This document shows, in pieces, positions 28,543 through 38,635 of a stretch of DNA of 64,000 nt (within the stretch, counting starts at the first letter, position 1; each line of letters opens with the position of its first letter). The stretch is from Longimicrobiales bacterium (GTDB taxonomy: Bacteria; Gemmatimonadota; Gemmatimonadetes; Longimicrobiales; Gaopeijiaceae): assembly GCA_965219445.1 (NCBI GenBank), contig CBDCNQ010000004.1, forward strand, positions 1,088,001-1,152,000, in the 5' to 3' direction. The notes under the pieces are model-generated. The model was not told the DNA's origin. It was given only the letters and a program-made list of their open reading frames with translations, and did no database searches. Made by a program: the position numbers and the translations under genes.

Positions 28543-28927
28543 GGGTGCGATAAGCAGACTGCAGACCATAGTACAAAACATGGTACAAAAGTTGAGGCCG
28601 TGACCGAGAGGGCCTAGTGAGGGGCGGCCCTTCCCGGCAAGACCAGTGCGCTGATGGCCGCAAGAACCAGGGCCGCGGAATAGACGACGGCAGCAGCACC
28701 GTGCGCGTCGACACCCACCTGTTCCCCGCCGAGTAGATATCCGAGCGCGGAGATGCCGATTACTCCTCCGATGTACCTCGCCGTCGAGACGGCTCCGCCC
28801 CCCATTCCGGCGTGGTCACGAGCCACGGCACTCATCGCCGCGGCCTGAGACGGAGCCGAGGTCAGTCCTAGGCCGGCACCGATCAGGACGAGTCCAAGCA
28901 GGGCATCGGCGGGCGTCTGTAAGGCCT

Positions 28928-30030
28928 CTTGGATTCATATAGTAAGTGCAACAAACCACCCGACCGAACTGCACAAAGAAGTTGAGGCGAGCTGGGACGC
29001 CCTAGACCTTCCTTCTCGACGAAAAGGAGGAAGTTCATGAACAGGTATCGCCAGCTCACCTCTGGTGAGCGATATGCGCTCTCTGCGCTCAGAAAACAAG
29101 GATGCAACCAAGCTGCGATCGCTCGAGCACTGGGCCGACATCGAAGTACGATCAGCCGTGAGGTGCGCCGCAACTCGAAGGATCGTCAGGGCCGGGCCTA
29201 TCGACCGGACCTGGCCGATGACTACGCCCGGTGGAGACGAGGCAGATCGCGCCGTCAATGAGCGCTTCGGTGCATCGGACTGGCGAATGGTGGAGGCGTG
29301 CCTCAGGCAACAGTGGAGCCCTGAGCAAGCCGCAGGCTGGTTACGGCGCAAGGCTCGGCTCTCGATCAGCCACGAGACCATCTACCGCCACATCTGGCGC
29401 GACCGAAAGCGCGGTGGCCGCCTGTATCTGCATCTGCGCTGTTCGCCCAAGCAACGCCGAAAACGGTACGGATCCTATGATTCCCGAGGTCGGTTGGCCG
29501 GCAAACGGCCGATATCTGAGCGCCCAGCTGGCGCACAGAACCGAAGCCGAGTCGGCCACCTCGAAGCCGATACCGTGATCGGTACCAGCTCCGACAAGCA
29601 CTGCGTCCTCACCTTCGTCGATCGTAAGACGGGCTACGTGATGATCGGCAAGCTCGAGGCTCGTACCGTCGAGGCTACGAACCGTCGAGCCGTTCGTCTG
29701 ATCAAGACTGCCGCTCGCCCCACTCACACCATCACGGCCGACAACGGAACTGAGTTCCACGGCTATGGGGCGATCGAAGCAGAAACCGGATCGAAATTCT
29801 ACTTCGCCGCGCCCTACCACTCTTGGGAAAGGGGGACCAGCGAGAACACGAACGGTCTGATTCGTCAGTACCTACCGAAGCGTACCAGCATGGCTCACAT
29901 CACCCAGCATGCTTGCAACCGCATCGCTCACAAACTCAACAACCGACCCAGGAAGCGTTTAGGCTATCGCACCCCCGAGGAATGCTATGTACAGATCTAG
30001 CTCGTGTTGCACTTCAAAGTTGATCCGAAG
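28928..30030 (+). mobile_element. IS30 family insertion sequence, 1103 bp
   Basis: Imperfect 26-bp terminal IRs (CTT...AAGTGCAACA); 3-bp target duplication CCT at 28925-28927 and 30031-30033. Confidence 0.92.
29037..30000 (+). pseudogene. IS30 transposase, frameshifted near 29256
   Basis: HTH (GRHRSTISREVRRN) in one frame; WSPEQ, SHETIY, EADT, DNGTEF, WERGTSENTNGLIRQY in the next. Confidence 0.9.
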
Positions 30031-31194
30031 CCTCGAAATCGGACAAGAGGTAAAGCCCGCCCAGTGAGGTCAGAGTGCCCACGAACGCGGTCGTACGGAT
30101 GCCGACCGACTCCGATACCCGGCCCCCCAAGGGGGAGAAGACCACCATCGAGATCATCATTCCGATGATGGTTCGCCCAGTAATCCCGGCCTCCACGTTG
30201 CGCACCTGCTCGAAGAAGATCGGGAGCTGGAAGAGGAGCGCGTACATGGCCAAGTTCTGCAGCCCAATGACGGCGCTCGAGGCGGCGAATGTGGGCCGCA
30301 GGAACAGCCTGAGCTCGAGGACGGGCTCCTCCACACGGCGCTCCCACCAAACAAACACGGCCAACAACCCTGCGGCGGCCAGCGCCGACCCCAGGGCGGT
30401 CGAACCCGAGGTCTGAGCCGCCACCACGAGCAACGTCAGGCCGGATCCCAGCAATACGCTGCCAAGGATATCGAAGCGAGGCGACGGGCGGTCCCCTCCA
30501 TCCCGCGAAGACTTATCCGAGTCCGCTCCGCGTCGAAGCGCCTCGGTACCCCGCCGAATGAGGTAGTACGCGAGCAGAATGACGGGAATGTTGGCGATGA
30601 ACACGGACCGCCACCCGAAGAGGGCGGTCAGCTCCCCCCCGACGAGTGGGCCGACTCCGGCCGCGGTTCCCATCACGGAACCGAAATATCCAAACGTGCG
30701 CGCCCGCCTCTCGGGGGGCACGAGATTTCGCAGCAATGCCATCGTCGCCGGTACCGACATGGCTCCGCCGGCGGCCATCGCGATCCGAGCAAGCGCTAGG
30801 CTGGGCAGGGTCGCCAGCGTAAACCCGGCGATCGAGCCGACCCCGTAGATTGCCATGCCGATCACGAGAGCGCGTCTGTGACCGATGCGGTCCCCGAGCT
30901 TACCACCTGGGCTCATGGTGGCGATCCCGACGATGAGGTAGCTGGAGACAAGCCACTGCGTCAGCGCCCCGCTTCCGATCCCGAGCTCGAATCCGATCGA
31001 CGGCAGTGCCACCGCGATCATCGTGGACCCCAGCGGAGATAGGGAAGCGGCGAGGAACATTCCCACGTAGAACGACGGGGACGGCCGCCGGGTGGGAGCG
31101 TGAGGCACGGAGGCCGTTTCCTGAGTCATTTCGGCAGGTTCACGCGGGTCGAAGTACGCGTCTCGATGGGCTCAAAGGGGAAGTGTCGAGGATC

Positions 31195-31272
31195 TCAGCG
31201 GGTGATCCCCCGGCATTGAAGAAGGTAGAGCCGTCCGTCCGCAAACGCCCATTCGATGTCCAGCGGGCGCGG
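31195..31272 (-). pseudogene. Orphan 3' end of a PEP/pyruvate-binding (PPDK_N-type) domain gene
   Basis: Translates PRPLDIEWAFADGRLYLLQCRGITR*. Confidence 0.7.
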
Positions 31273-31439
31273 ATCGGGCGGAATCGTATCGGAAGCGGGA
31301 AGGAGCGTCAATCAAACAGCTCAGGCCCCCACGAGGTTGCGTTTGCGGCTTTCGAACCTTCCTTTTAAATCGGTTCGAGGCTTGGTGCGGCGTTCGACGG
31401 GGAAGCTAAGCCTGATCAACCCATGAGCGGGAGGGCCAG

Positions 31440-31910
31440 ATGAACACGAAGCAGGTCGTGACGGGAATGGTCGTTGGCGGGATTACGATGTTCGTAGTCG
31501 GCTATCTGATCTTTGCGCTAGCCATGGGCGGCTTCTACGATGCGAACGAGGGCTCGGCCACCGGCCTGGCACGTGCATCGACTCTCTGGTGGGCGATCGC
31601 CCTAGGCACCCTTTCGCTAGCCACGCTGGTCACGCTCGCCGTCGGTTGGTCGGGCGCCAAATCCGCCGGCCAAGGCTTCAGGATCGGTGCGATAGTGGGC
31701 TTTCTCGTCTGGTTCGGCGTGGATTTCATCCTTTACGGGAACCTCAATATCTCGACGATCAATATCCCACTGGTCGATCCGCTGCTGGAGATCGTCCGCA
31801 CGGGAATCGGCGGGGCGGTTATCGCCGCCGTGCTGGGCAGAGGTGCTACCGGCGCAGTCCCCATGGGTGGTGAGGAGCACGGAGGGGAATCCCCACATAC
31901 GGTCCCGTAA
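31440..31910 (+). CDS. Hypothetical 4-TM membrane protein
   Basis: Four hydrophobic segments; GGAGGG RBS. Confidence 0.7.
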   Translation: MNTKQVVTGMVVGGITMFVVGYLIFALAMGGFYDANEGSATGLARASTLWWAIALGTLSLATLVTLAVGWSGAKSAGQGFRIGAIVGFLVWFGVDFILYGNLNISTINIPLVDPLLEIVRTGIGGAVIAAVLGRGATGAVPMGGEEHGGESPHTVP

Positions 31911-31927
31911 TAGTCACCACAGTGCTT

Positions 31928-33346
31928 CTATCGCACGACCTCCCGGACCACACCGTCCCACTTGTTCAGCAGGAAGACCCGCCCACCCGGTCCCCGCCCA
32001 AAGTGCAGATCCGCCCGGGGTGTCGGCTCCCTGCCCTGATCAGCGTTCTTCGCCTGGACCAGCTCGAGCAGCGTTGTCGTCGCTCCGCCATCGCGGAACA
32101 GCACCCTCCGGATCGCGGCTTGTCCGCCATCCCGTAGGCCGTCGGCAGGCACATGAAACACCTGGCCGCTCGGGAGGTCGCCCCAGAGCACCCGGTTCGT
32201 GAGCTGTGGGATCCGATCGTCCCGGTATGCCACTACACCTGTGGCCGCCGACCCCGACTGGAGTAGCGGATCGTTCTGGTCGAACTCAGCCACAGGGTAG
32301 GTAATCCACGGCTCCCCCCTCGGGTTCGACAGCTCGACGCGAGTGTTACTCACCACTCGGTAGCTCCCCTCCCAGGTGTTCCAACCCAGGTCACCACCGG
32401 CCGGCACGACGTTGAGCGTCTCCACGACGCTCTGTCCGATGTCGGCCATGAGGAGATCGCCAGTCACCACGTCCCAGTCGAACCCCTGCGGATTGCGAAC
32501 CCCCGACGCGTAGATCTCACCCAGTGTGCGGTCGACACTGTCTCGCGCGTAGGGGTTGCCCTCAGGCACACCGTAGCGCCCGTTCGCACTGTTGGAGCCC
32601 AACGGGTGGATCCGCAGGATCTTGCCGAACACCGAGCCGAGGTTCTGCGCGATGTCCAACTCGTCGCCCGCGGCGCCGCCGTCCGCCATGCCGATGTACA
32701 GCAGTCCGAAATCCGGATCGCCCGCCGACGAGGTCGGGTTGAATCCGATCCGGCCGCCGTTGTGATTCTCGAAGGGCTGCTCCACCCGCAACAGCTCCCG
32801 AGGCGGGCCACCGTCGTAGGTCGCCGCCGCCGGGTCGCGTGCGGTCCATTCGAGGAGCACGATGTCGTGGTCGTCGACGCCCCCGCCGGGAACGAAGTCG
32901 GGCTCCGGAGTCGTATTGTCCGTATCGATCCACGTGTAGAGCTTCCCGTATCCCGCGGTGCCGGGCTCGTTGAAGTGCGGATGGAACGCGAAGCTCTGCA
33001 GCCCAACTTCCATGATCGGAACGACCTCGGGAGGCGTCTCCACCTCGACCTCCCACCTGGATTCGCGGGCGTCGAGGTATCGGGTCACGCTCCCGCCGTA
33101 GCTGATGGCGTAAACGAGGCCCCACATGTCGTTGACGAAAAGGCGGCCGGAGCCCGGCTGGTCGACGAGGACCATGGGCCGGGCGGGCGCTCCGTCGATG
33201 TCCGGAAGGGTTGCGAACTCCTCGAGCCCGACAATGATCGCGCCCTCGGACGCCGGAATCGGGTCCGGGAACGGGTCGTTGGTAATCTGAGCGACGGCGG
33301 GGCCGGCGATCAGCAATGCTGCGACGACGGGGTGGATCGTGGCCAA
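31928..33346 (-). CDS. Glucose/sorbosone dehydrogenase-like (PQQ-dependent sugar dehydrogenase family) protein
   Basis: FAFHP.F, NHNGG, LYIGMADGG, GKILRI.P, G.RNPQ; start uncertain. Confidence 0.8.
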   Translation of the reverse strand: MATIHPVVAALLIAGPAVAQITNDPFPDPIPASEGAIIVGLEEFATLPDIDGAPARPMVLVDQPGSGRLFVNDMWGLVYAISYGGSVTRYLDARESRWEVEVETPPEVVPIMEVGLQSFAFHPHFNEPGTAGYGKLYTWIDTDNTTPEPDFVPGGGVDDHDIVLLEWTARDPAAATYDGGPPRELLRVEQPFENHNGGRIGFNPTSSAGDPDFGLLYIGMADGGAAGDELDIAQNLGSVFGKILRIHPLGSNSANGRYGVPEGNPYARDSVDRTLGEIYASGVRNPQGFDWDVVTGDLLMADIGQSVVETLNVVPAGGDLGWNTWEGSYRVVSNTRVELSNPRGEPWITYPVAEFDQNDPLLQSGSAATGVVAYRDDRIPQLTNRVLWGDLPSGQVFHVPADGLRDGGQAAIRRVLFRDGGATTTLLELVQAKNADQGREPTPRADLHFGRGPGGRVFLLNKWDGVVREVVR

Positions 33347-33436
33347 ATAGGCCCCCCTCAACGGTATTCCTCGTAGGCTGCCCTCAACCAGCGCTCGGTG
33401 CCGTCGGACCGCGGGAGAAGTGCTCAATGGCGTCTC

Positions 33437-34198
33437 TCAGTTCCGAGTCAACGGAACGAACCGGACGGCAATAACATCACGTATCTCGACCTCACCCCCA
33501 GGCAGCTTCTCCACAACTTTCAGGATCTGGAAGGAGGACTGATCACCCACCGGAATGATCATCCGGGCACCAGGCTTCAGCTGGTCCACCAATGGCGGTG
33601 GGACGTCCTCGGCCCCCGCCGTGACGAGGATTCCGTCGAACGGGCCCTGCTCGGGCCATCCGAGGTATCCGTCACCGGCGCGGACGAACACGTTCGAGAC
33701 TCCAAGTCGGAGGAGTCGGTCCCCCGCTGAGCTCGCCAGCCCCGGAATGATCTCGATACTGTAGACCTCGGAGACCAACTCGGCCGCAACGGCTGCCTGA
33801 TATCCGGAACCCGTTCCGACCTCCAATATCCGGTCATCCGGCGCCGGCTGAAGGAGCTCTGTCATCAATCCGACGATGTAGGGCTGTGAAATCGTCTGCT
33901 CGAACTCGATCGGTAGGGGCGTATCACGGTAGGCAAGGGCCCTATACGGCGCAGGGACGTACTCGTGGCGAGGGACCCGTGACATGGCATCGAGAACCCG
34001 AGAGTCGGTGACTCCACGCGCCTCAATCTGTTCCTCCACCATCTGGCGCCGTGCCTCCTCGAAGTCGACGTCCTGGGGTGAGCCGGTGGACGAAGTGGCT
34101 TGGTCCGGCGTCGCTGGAAGACACAACACGTTCACGGCAATGATGAGGCCAACGCGTCGTGCGGTACGGCTGGAGAGATCTCCTAGGGAGATCGGCAT
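33437..34198 (-). CDS. pcm: Protein-L-isoaspartate O-methyltransferase
   Basis: QTISQPYIV, LEVGTGSGYQAA, GDGYLGW, VRFVPL. Confidence 0.93.
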   Translation of the reverse strand: MPISLGDLSSRTARRVGLIIAVNVLCLPATPDQATSSTGSPQDVDFEEARRQMVEEQIEARGVTDSRVLDAMSRVPRHEYVPAPYRALAYRDTPLPIEFEQTISQPYIVGLMTELLQPAPDDRILEVGTGSGYQAAVAAELVSEVYSIEIIPGLASSAGDRLLRLGVSNVFVRAGDGYLGWPEQGPFDGILVTAGAEDVPPPLVDQLKPGARMIIPVGDQSSFQILKVVEKLPGGEVEIRDVIAVRFVPLTRN

Positions 34199-34314
34199 CT
34201 TTGGTCCCTCCTCGCTCCTAATCTCGCCCTTGTAGAGCGGCGCGTCGAGCTAGCCCTCGGAGTCCTCCGAATCCGACTCCCTCTCGACCTCGATCGAGCA
34301 GCACACGGGCCTGA

Positions 34315-35037
34315 TCAGCAACCGTCAACGGGTCGGGCCTCGGCGCCGCTCTCCAGGACCATGGGGACTTTGGAGTGGAGTGCACCCCGAAGCCACTGGC
34401 GCCACGACGCGCGCCGGACCAGGACCACCTGCACGGGAGACTCGATGCGGTTCACCACGAGGAAGTGGACGTCACCCAGTTCCTGGGGCCGTGGCAGCCG
34501 ATAGGACTGCTCGTTCAAGGTGAACTCGATTTCCGCCAGGCGATCGAACTCCTCGGCCGTGAGGACCCGCTCGATGTACACCTCGTCTTCTACCCGGTAC
34601 ACGCCCTCGCCCACGGGCTCGCCCCAATGGAAGTACCAAGGGTCGAACGCCTCGCCCCGCTCCCGCTTGAACGACTCGTCCACGGCGTAGTCCATCGCCT
34701 CGAGGGCGTCTTCGTCGGCCAGGGATTCGAGGTGGTGCTGGAGCTCGTGCGTAAGGGTCGCCCAGAGCTCACCCTCCCAGTCGAAGTCGGGATCCTCCTC
34801 GACCATCTTGCGGAAGGAGCCGTAGTAGAGGACCACCCGTGAGCGAGTGGTCTCGGGGCCCTGCCACTCCGAGTTGAAGGCCTGTGTGAGACATTCACCC
34901 AGTGTGACGACGCCCGGGAGTTCGGGATGGGTCTTCACCGCCTCGACAGTCGTGACGCCATCCACACCCTCTCGATACGCCTTGGGAACACTTTGGAAGG
35001 CTTCCTGGGCCACGCGGGAGAAGTCGTCGAAGGTCAT
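34315..35037 (-). CDS. Zincin-like metallopeptidase family protein
   Basis: VVLYYGSF, TLTHELQHH (HExxH). Confidence 0.75.
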   Translation of the reverse strand: MTFDDFSRVAQEAFQSVPKAYREGVDGVTTVEAVKTHPELPGVVTLGECLTQAFNSEWQGPETTRSRVVLYYGSFRKMVEEDPDFDWEGELWATLTHELQHHLESLADEDALEAMDYAVDESFKRERGEAFDPWYFHWGEPVGEGVYRVEDEVYIERVLTAEEFDRLAEIEFTLNEQSYRLPRPQELGDVHFLVVNRIESPVQVVLVRRASWRQWLRGALHSKVPMVLESGAEARPVDGC

Positions 35038-35223
35038 CACGGGGATCAGCTTGGCCGAAGGGAACGCCAGGGTCAACGGGTGGATCGCTCCCCCGAGAGT
35101 CCGACCGAAGACCAGGCGATTAGGTTGCTTGCCCAGACTGCCCGCACCCCTCACCTTATCACCCCCGTGAAGGGACTCCTGGTGTGACTGTCCCCGGCGA
35201 ACCCGTTGAGAAGGAGACGGTTC

Positions 35224-36147
35224 ATGAGAATGCTCACCCGTGTCACAGCCGCGACGCTGACGGTGTTCTGCCTGGCCACACCGGTCCACGCACAGAGCAC
35301 CGCGTCCATCATCCCGGACGTTGTCTATGGCCATAAGGACGGGATGGCTCTGACGTTCGACGTCTTCATGCCACCTGGTGAGCCCAACGGAGCCGGAATC
35401 CTCAACATGGTGAGCGGCGGCTGGATTTCGCGGTGGAGGGCCCCTGAGCAGGCCCGGCAGGGGTACGAGGCGCTCTTGAACCAGGGGTTTACGGTCTTCT
35501 CCATTCGTCACGGAAGCAGCCCGAGGTTCAACGTCCCAGAAGCGTACGCCGATGTGAATCGCGCGGTGCGCTTTGTGCGCCTCAACGCCTCGACCTATGG
35601 AGTGGACCCGGCGCGCCTTGGCGTCTACGGAGGGAGTGCCGGTGGCCATCTCTCCCTCATGTTGGGCCTTGCGTCGGACGAGGGTGACCCCGAGGCGACG
35701 GACGAAGTGCTGCGTATGAGTAGTCGCGTCGCAGCGGTCGTCGCGTACTACCCCCCCGTGGATCTGCGCAAGCGGCCCATTCCGAGCGAGGATTTTCCCG
35801 CTACACTCCCGGAGAGTGGCCTCTTTTTCGCGCGCGGGGTGGTCGCGCCAGGTGCTGCTGACCGCTTCGTTGCGCTTGAGTTCGAAGACGAACTCGGCGC
35901 TTCGGTGTCGCCGATCGTGCACGTTTCCTCCGACGATCCGCCGACCCTGTTGGTTCATGGAGACGCAGACGCGCTCGTCGATCTCAACAACAGCGAGCTG
36001 ATCCACGCGGCCTTTCAGAGTAAAGGCGTTGAGACCGACCTCGTGGTCATCGAGGGTGCTGGTCACGGGTTTCGAACCGAGGAGCACCGCACGCTCGCCT
36101 CAGACGCGCTGGTCGCGTGGTTCGAGGAGCATTTGACAGCGCGTTAG
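35224..36147 (+). CDS. Secreted alpha/beta hydrolase (esterase)
   Basis: GGSAGGHL, VHGDAD, GAGHGF. Confidence 0.88.
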   Translation: MRMLTRVTAATLTVFCLATPVHAQSTASIIPDVVYGHKDGMALTFDVFMPPGEPNGAGILNMVSGGWISRWRAPEQARQGYEALLNQGFTVFSIRHGSSPRFNVPEAYADVNRAVRFVRLNASTYGVDPARLGVYGGSAGGHLSLMLGLASDEGDPEATDEVLRMSSRVAAVVAYYPPVDLRKRPIPSEDFPATLPESGLFFARGVVAPGAADRFVALEFEDELGASVSPIVHVSSDDPPTLLVHGDADALVDLNNSELIHAAFQSKGVETDLVVIEGAGHGFRTEEHRTLASDALVAWFEEHLTAR

Positions 36148-36175
36148 GAGCTAGACGCCAAACTGTCTGAGGTGG

Positions 36176-36580
36176 TCAATAGGTCTCCCACGTGCCTGGC
36201 GTCACGAGCTCGAGTAGATGTCCGTCGGGGTCTCGGAAGTAGAGGCTCCGGCCCCCTCTCTCCCATTCGATTTCGCTCTCGACCTCGACATCCTGCTCGA
36301 GCAGCCACTGCTCCCATTGCATCACATCACTCTCTTGGATGGCGAAGGCGAAATGAGACGTTCCCTCACCGTCGTGCCCCGGTAACACGCCTCCAGGCAC
36401 GTTCATAGCCTCGCTCGACGCCCCGTGCTTGAACAAGAGCAATATCTGCTTCCCTTCCACGTCGAGCGCAGCGATCCGCTCTTTCGAGATCAGTACTGGA
36501 AAACCGAAGAGGCGGTTGTAGAAAGCGGATGCTCGCGAAACGTCCTGCACGTACAGGCCGAACTCCAACATCCCTTGCAC
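36176..36580 (-). CDS. VOC/glyoxalase family protein
   Basis: FY..LFG, HFAF, SLYFRDPDGHLLEL. Confidence 0.88.
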   Translation of the reverse strand: MQGMLEFGLYVQDVSRASAFYNRLFGFPVLISKERIAALDVEGKQILLLFKHGASSEAMNVPGGVLPGHDGEGTSHFAFAIQESDVMQWEQWLLEQDVEVESEIEWERGGRSLYFRDPDGHLLELVTPGTWETY

Positions 36581-36613
36581 AGGTGGTCTATCCAGGTTCC
36601 CTCCTAAGCGCCG

Positions 36614-36925
36614 TTAGTCGGCGCCACTATGCCTCCGGATGTAACTGATGTTCGTGACCACCCCGATGGCACAGGCGATGGCAAACAGCACATGGGCGCC
36701 GACCACCACTCGTGACCCCCAGGTCGTATCGAACAGCACGTCCACCCCTAATGCGACCAGCACGAAAAAGAGGGCCATCACCGGAACGGGCATTAGCGAA
36801 ACGCCGCGAGTTCGCCCGGATTCGAGGGGGTTCTTTAGGTCCTCGACACCAGCCTGAGTCAGACTTGCAACCAGGTTCATGAACCACGTCAGCGCCACGA
36901 CGAGGATCAGAATCCAGGTGGACAC
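36614..36925 (-). CDS. Small membrane hypothetical protein
   Basis: Three hydrophobic segments; AGGAG RBS. Confidence 0.6.
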   Translation of the reverse strand: MSTWILILVVALTWFMNLVASLTQAGVEDLKNPLESGRTRGVSLMPVPVMALFFVLVALGVDVLFDTTWGSRVVVGAHVLFAIACAIGVVTNISYIRRHSGAD

Positions 36926-36971
36926 GTGAGCCGACTCCTAACGGGCCATCAGAGCCGAATCAGCTTGGGTC

Positions 36972-37027
36972 GGAACCCAGGAACCGGATCAGCTCCCGTG
37001 GGAACCCAAGAACCGAATCAGCTCCCG
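36972..37027. repeat. 27-bp imperfect direct repeat (29-bp period) at hydrolase 3' end
   Basis: GGAACCCAGGAACCGGATCAGCTCCCG / GGAACCCAAGAACCGAATCAGCTCCCG. Confidence 0.85.
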
Positions 37028-38005
37028 GTTGAAGATCTCCGGCGCCTCCAGGTGCGGATTGTGCCCCACATTGGGAATCAATACCAGCTCGGCGTTCTGA
37101 AGCGCCTTCGCCACCTTGCCGGCGATCTCGGGAAAATCCGGACCATCCTCCGCGCCCCCGATGACCATCGCCCTCGTCGCCATCTGCGGCCAATCGTGCA
37201 CTACGGTATCGATCGAACGGGCGTTGCCGGCCATCGCCCGCACCAGATTCAGGCGGGGCCACTCACTGCTCAGCGCATTTCCGTAACGGATGCGGACATG
37301 TTCGAGGAACTCGGGCTTCCACTCCACTACACGGCCCATTTCTCCAGCCAGGGCCCTCTCGTACAGCTGTCGAAGGTCGGGCGGCGCACTCTCTCCACTC
37401 GGTTCGCGCCACGGTCGCCCTGCCCGTGAATCCGTGAGCCCGATTGCGTTCACCATCACGAGCTCGGTCGCGGTCTCCGGATACAGGAAGGCGAAACGAC
37501 TGGCCATTTGTCCGCCAAAGGAATGGCCCGCCACCGCTGCCTCGGAGATTCCGAGATGGTCTAGAATCGCCTTGGTGTTGGACGCGTGGAGGTTGATGTT
37601 GTACGGAAGAATCGGCTTGGACGAGCGGCCCCAACCGAGGCGGTCCTTCACCACCACGCGATACCCCTCGTTACGGAGCGCCTCGATCGTGTCCTTCCAG
37701 TACCATCCGTAATAGCCGCCCCCGTGTAACAGCATGACCGTGCGCCCATTCGGCTCGCCGACGGGCGCCACGTCCATATACGCGATCCGGACATCCTGCC
37801 CGAACAGATTCCGATCGAGGAATTGCACCGGATGCGGGTACGGGACGTCTTCGAGGTTGATCGAGACCGCTCCCCAGTGGGCCGGGGGCTCGGACGGGGG
37901 CGAAGCCGCCTGAGCCTGTAACGCTCGGCCGTAGGGCGCCATGGCGAGAGCAAGGAGCAGAAGTGTCGGCGATGGATACCGGACAAGCGTACGTCGGACG
38001 GTCAC
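36989..38005 (-). CDS. Secreted alpha/beta hydrolase
   Basis: LLHG, GWGRS, GHSFGG, GHNPH; AAAGGAGG RBS. Confidence 0.88.
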   Translation of the reverse strand: MTVRRTLVRYPSPTLLLLALAMAPYGRALQAQAASPPSEPPAHWGAVSINLEDVPYPHPVQFLDRNLFGQDVRIAYMDVAPVGEPNGRTVMLLHGGGYYGWYWKDTIEALRNEGYRVVVKDRLGWGRSSKPILPYNINLHASNTKAILDHLGISEAAVAGHSFGGQMASRFAFLYPETATELVMVNAIGLTDSRAGRPWREPSGESAPPDLRQLYERALAGEMGRVVEWKPEFLEHVRIRYGNALSSEWPRLNLVRAMAGNARSIDTVVHDWPQMATRAMVIGGAEDGPDFPEIAGKVAKALQNAELVLIPNVGHNPHLEAPEIFNRELIRFLGSHGS

Positions 38006-38081
38006 TCTTCCTCCTTTAAACCGCATCCGATTCGTTGATCGGAAAGATCTGCTCACAGGCCGAATCCTGAAGGCCGTTCGT

Positions 38082-38510
38082 TCAACCGTCCGAGGAGATC
38101 GTAATCTTGAAGCCGTCCGGGTCCGCAAGGCTGAAGGCTCGTGAACCCCAAGGCGTATCCGCCGGAGGTGACTCCAAGGTTCCACCCCGTTTCTCGATCC
38201 TTGCCGCGATCTCGTCCACGTCATCGGCGGTGGCCAGGTGTAGCCGAAACCCTTCACCCTTCACTCGGTCACGGCCCTTCGCCCAGTCGTCCTGGAGCAA
38301 GAAAAGGCCGATCCCCCCGGCAAGGAGACGGGCACCCCCGACCTTCCCCTCGTGTTCCCAGGTCTCCTCCACATGAAACCCGACCACGTCTCGATACCAT
38401 GGGAGGCTCACATCGATGTCTGAGACCGTCAACGCCGGTCGCACGCTACGCAACTCGAGAGTCTCGGGGCCGCCGTTGTCCCCACCGTCCAGCTCTGATT
38501 CGGTGCTCAC
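38082..38510 (-). CDS. VOC/glyoxalase family protein
   Basis: WYRDVVGF, PWGSRAFSLADPDGF. Confidence 0.85.
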   Translation of the reverse strand: MSTESELDGGDNGGPETLELRSVRPALTVSDIDVSLPWYRDVVGFHVEETWEHEGKVGGARLLAGGIGLFLLQDDWAKGRDRVKGEGFRLHLATADDVDEIAARIEKRGGTLESPPADTPWGSRAFSLADPDGFKITISSDG

Positions 38511-38591
38511 GCTAATCTCCGTTCATGCTCAGCTCGAGTCGGGCGCACGATCGGCGGCACCCCCGATTCCTTCCTCAAGGCTTCCGGCCAT

Positions 38592-38635
38592 CCCAACGGC
38601 GACCCAACGACGACCCAACGGCTACCCAGCGGCTA
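38592..38635. repeat. 4 x 11-bp imperfect tandem repeat
   Basis: CCCAACGGCGA CCCAACGACGA CCCAACGGCTA CCCAGCGGCTA. Confidence 0.8.

Larger units (their letters stand above)
28614..31129 (-). pseudogene. MFS drug efflux-type transporter interrupted by IS30
   Basis: GKLGDRIGHRR motif A; removing the IS and one CCT restores the frame ...LSDFEALQTPADALLGL...; C-terminal part lies at 28614-28927. Confidence 0.9.

Noticed and set aside
34315..36087. 590-aa version of the zincin ORF
   Set aside because: The upstream part is antisense to the hydrolase gene; the real start is about 35037
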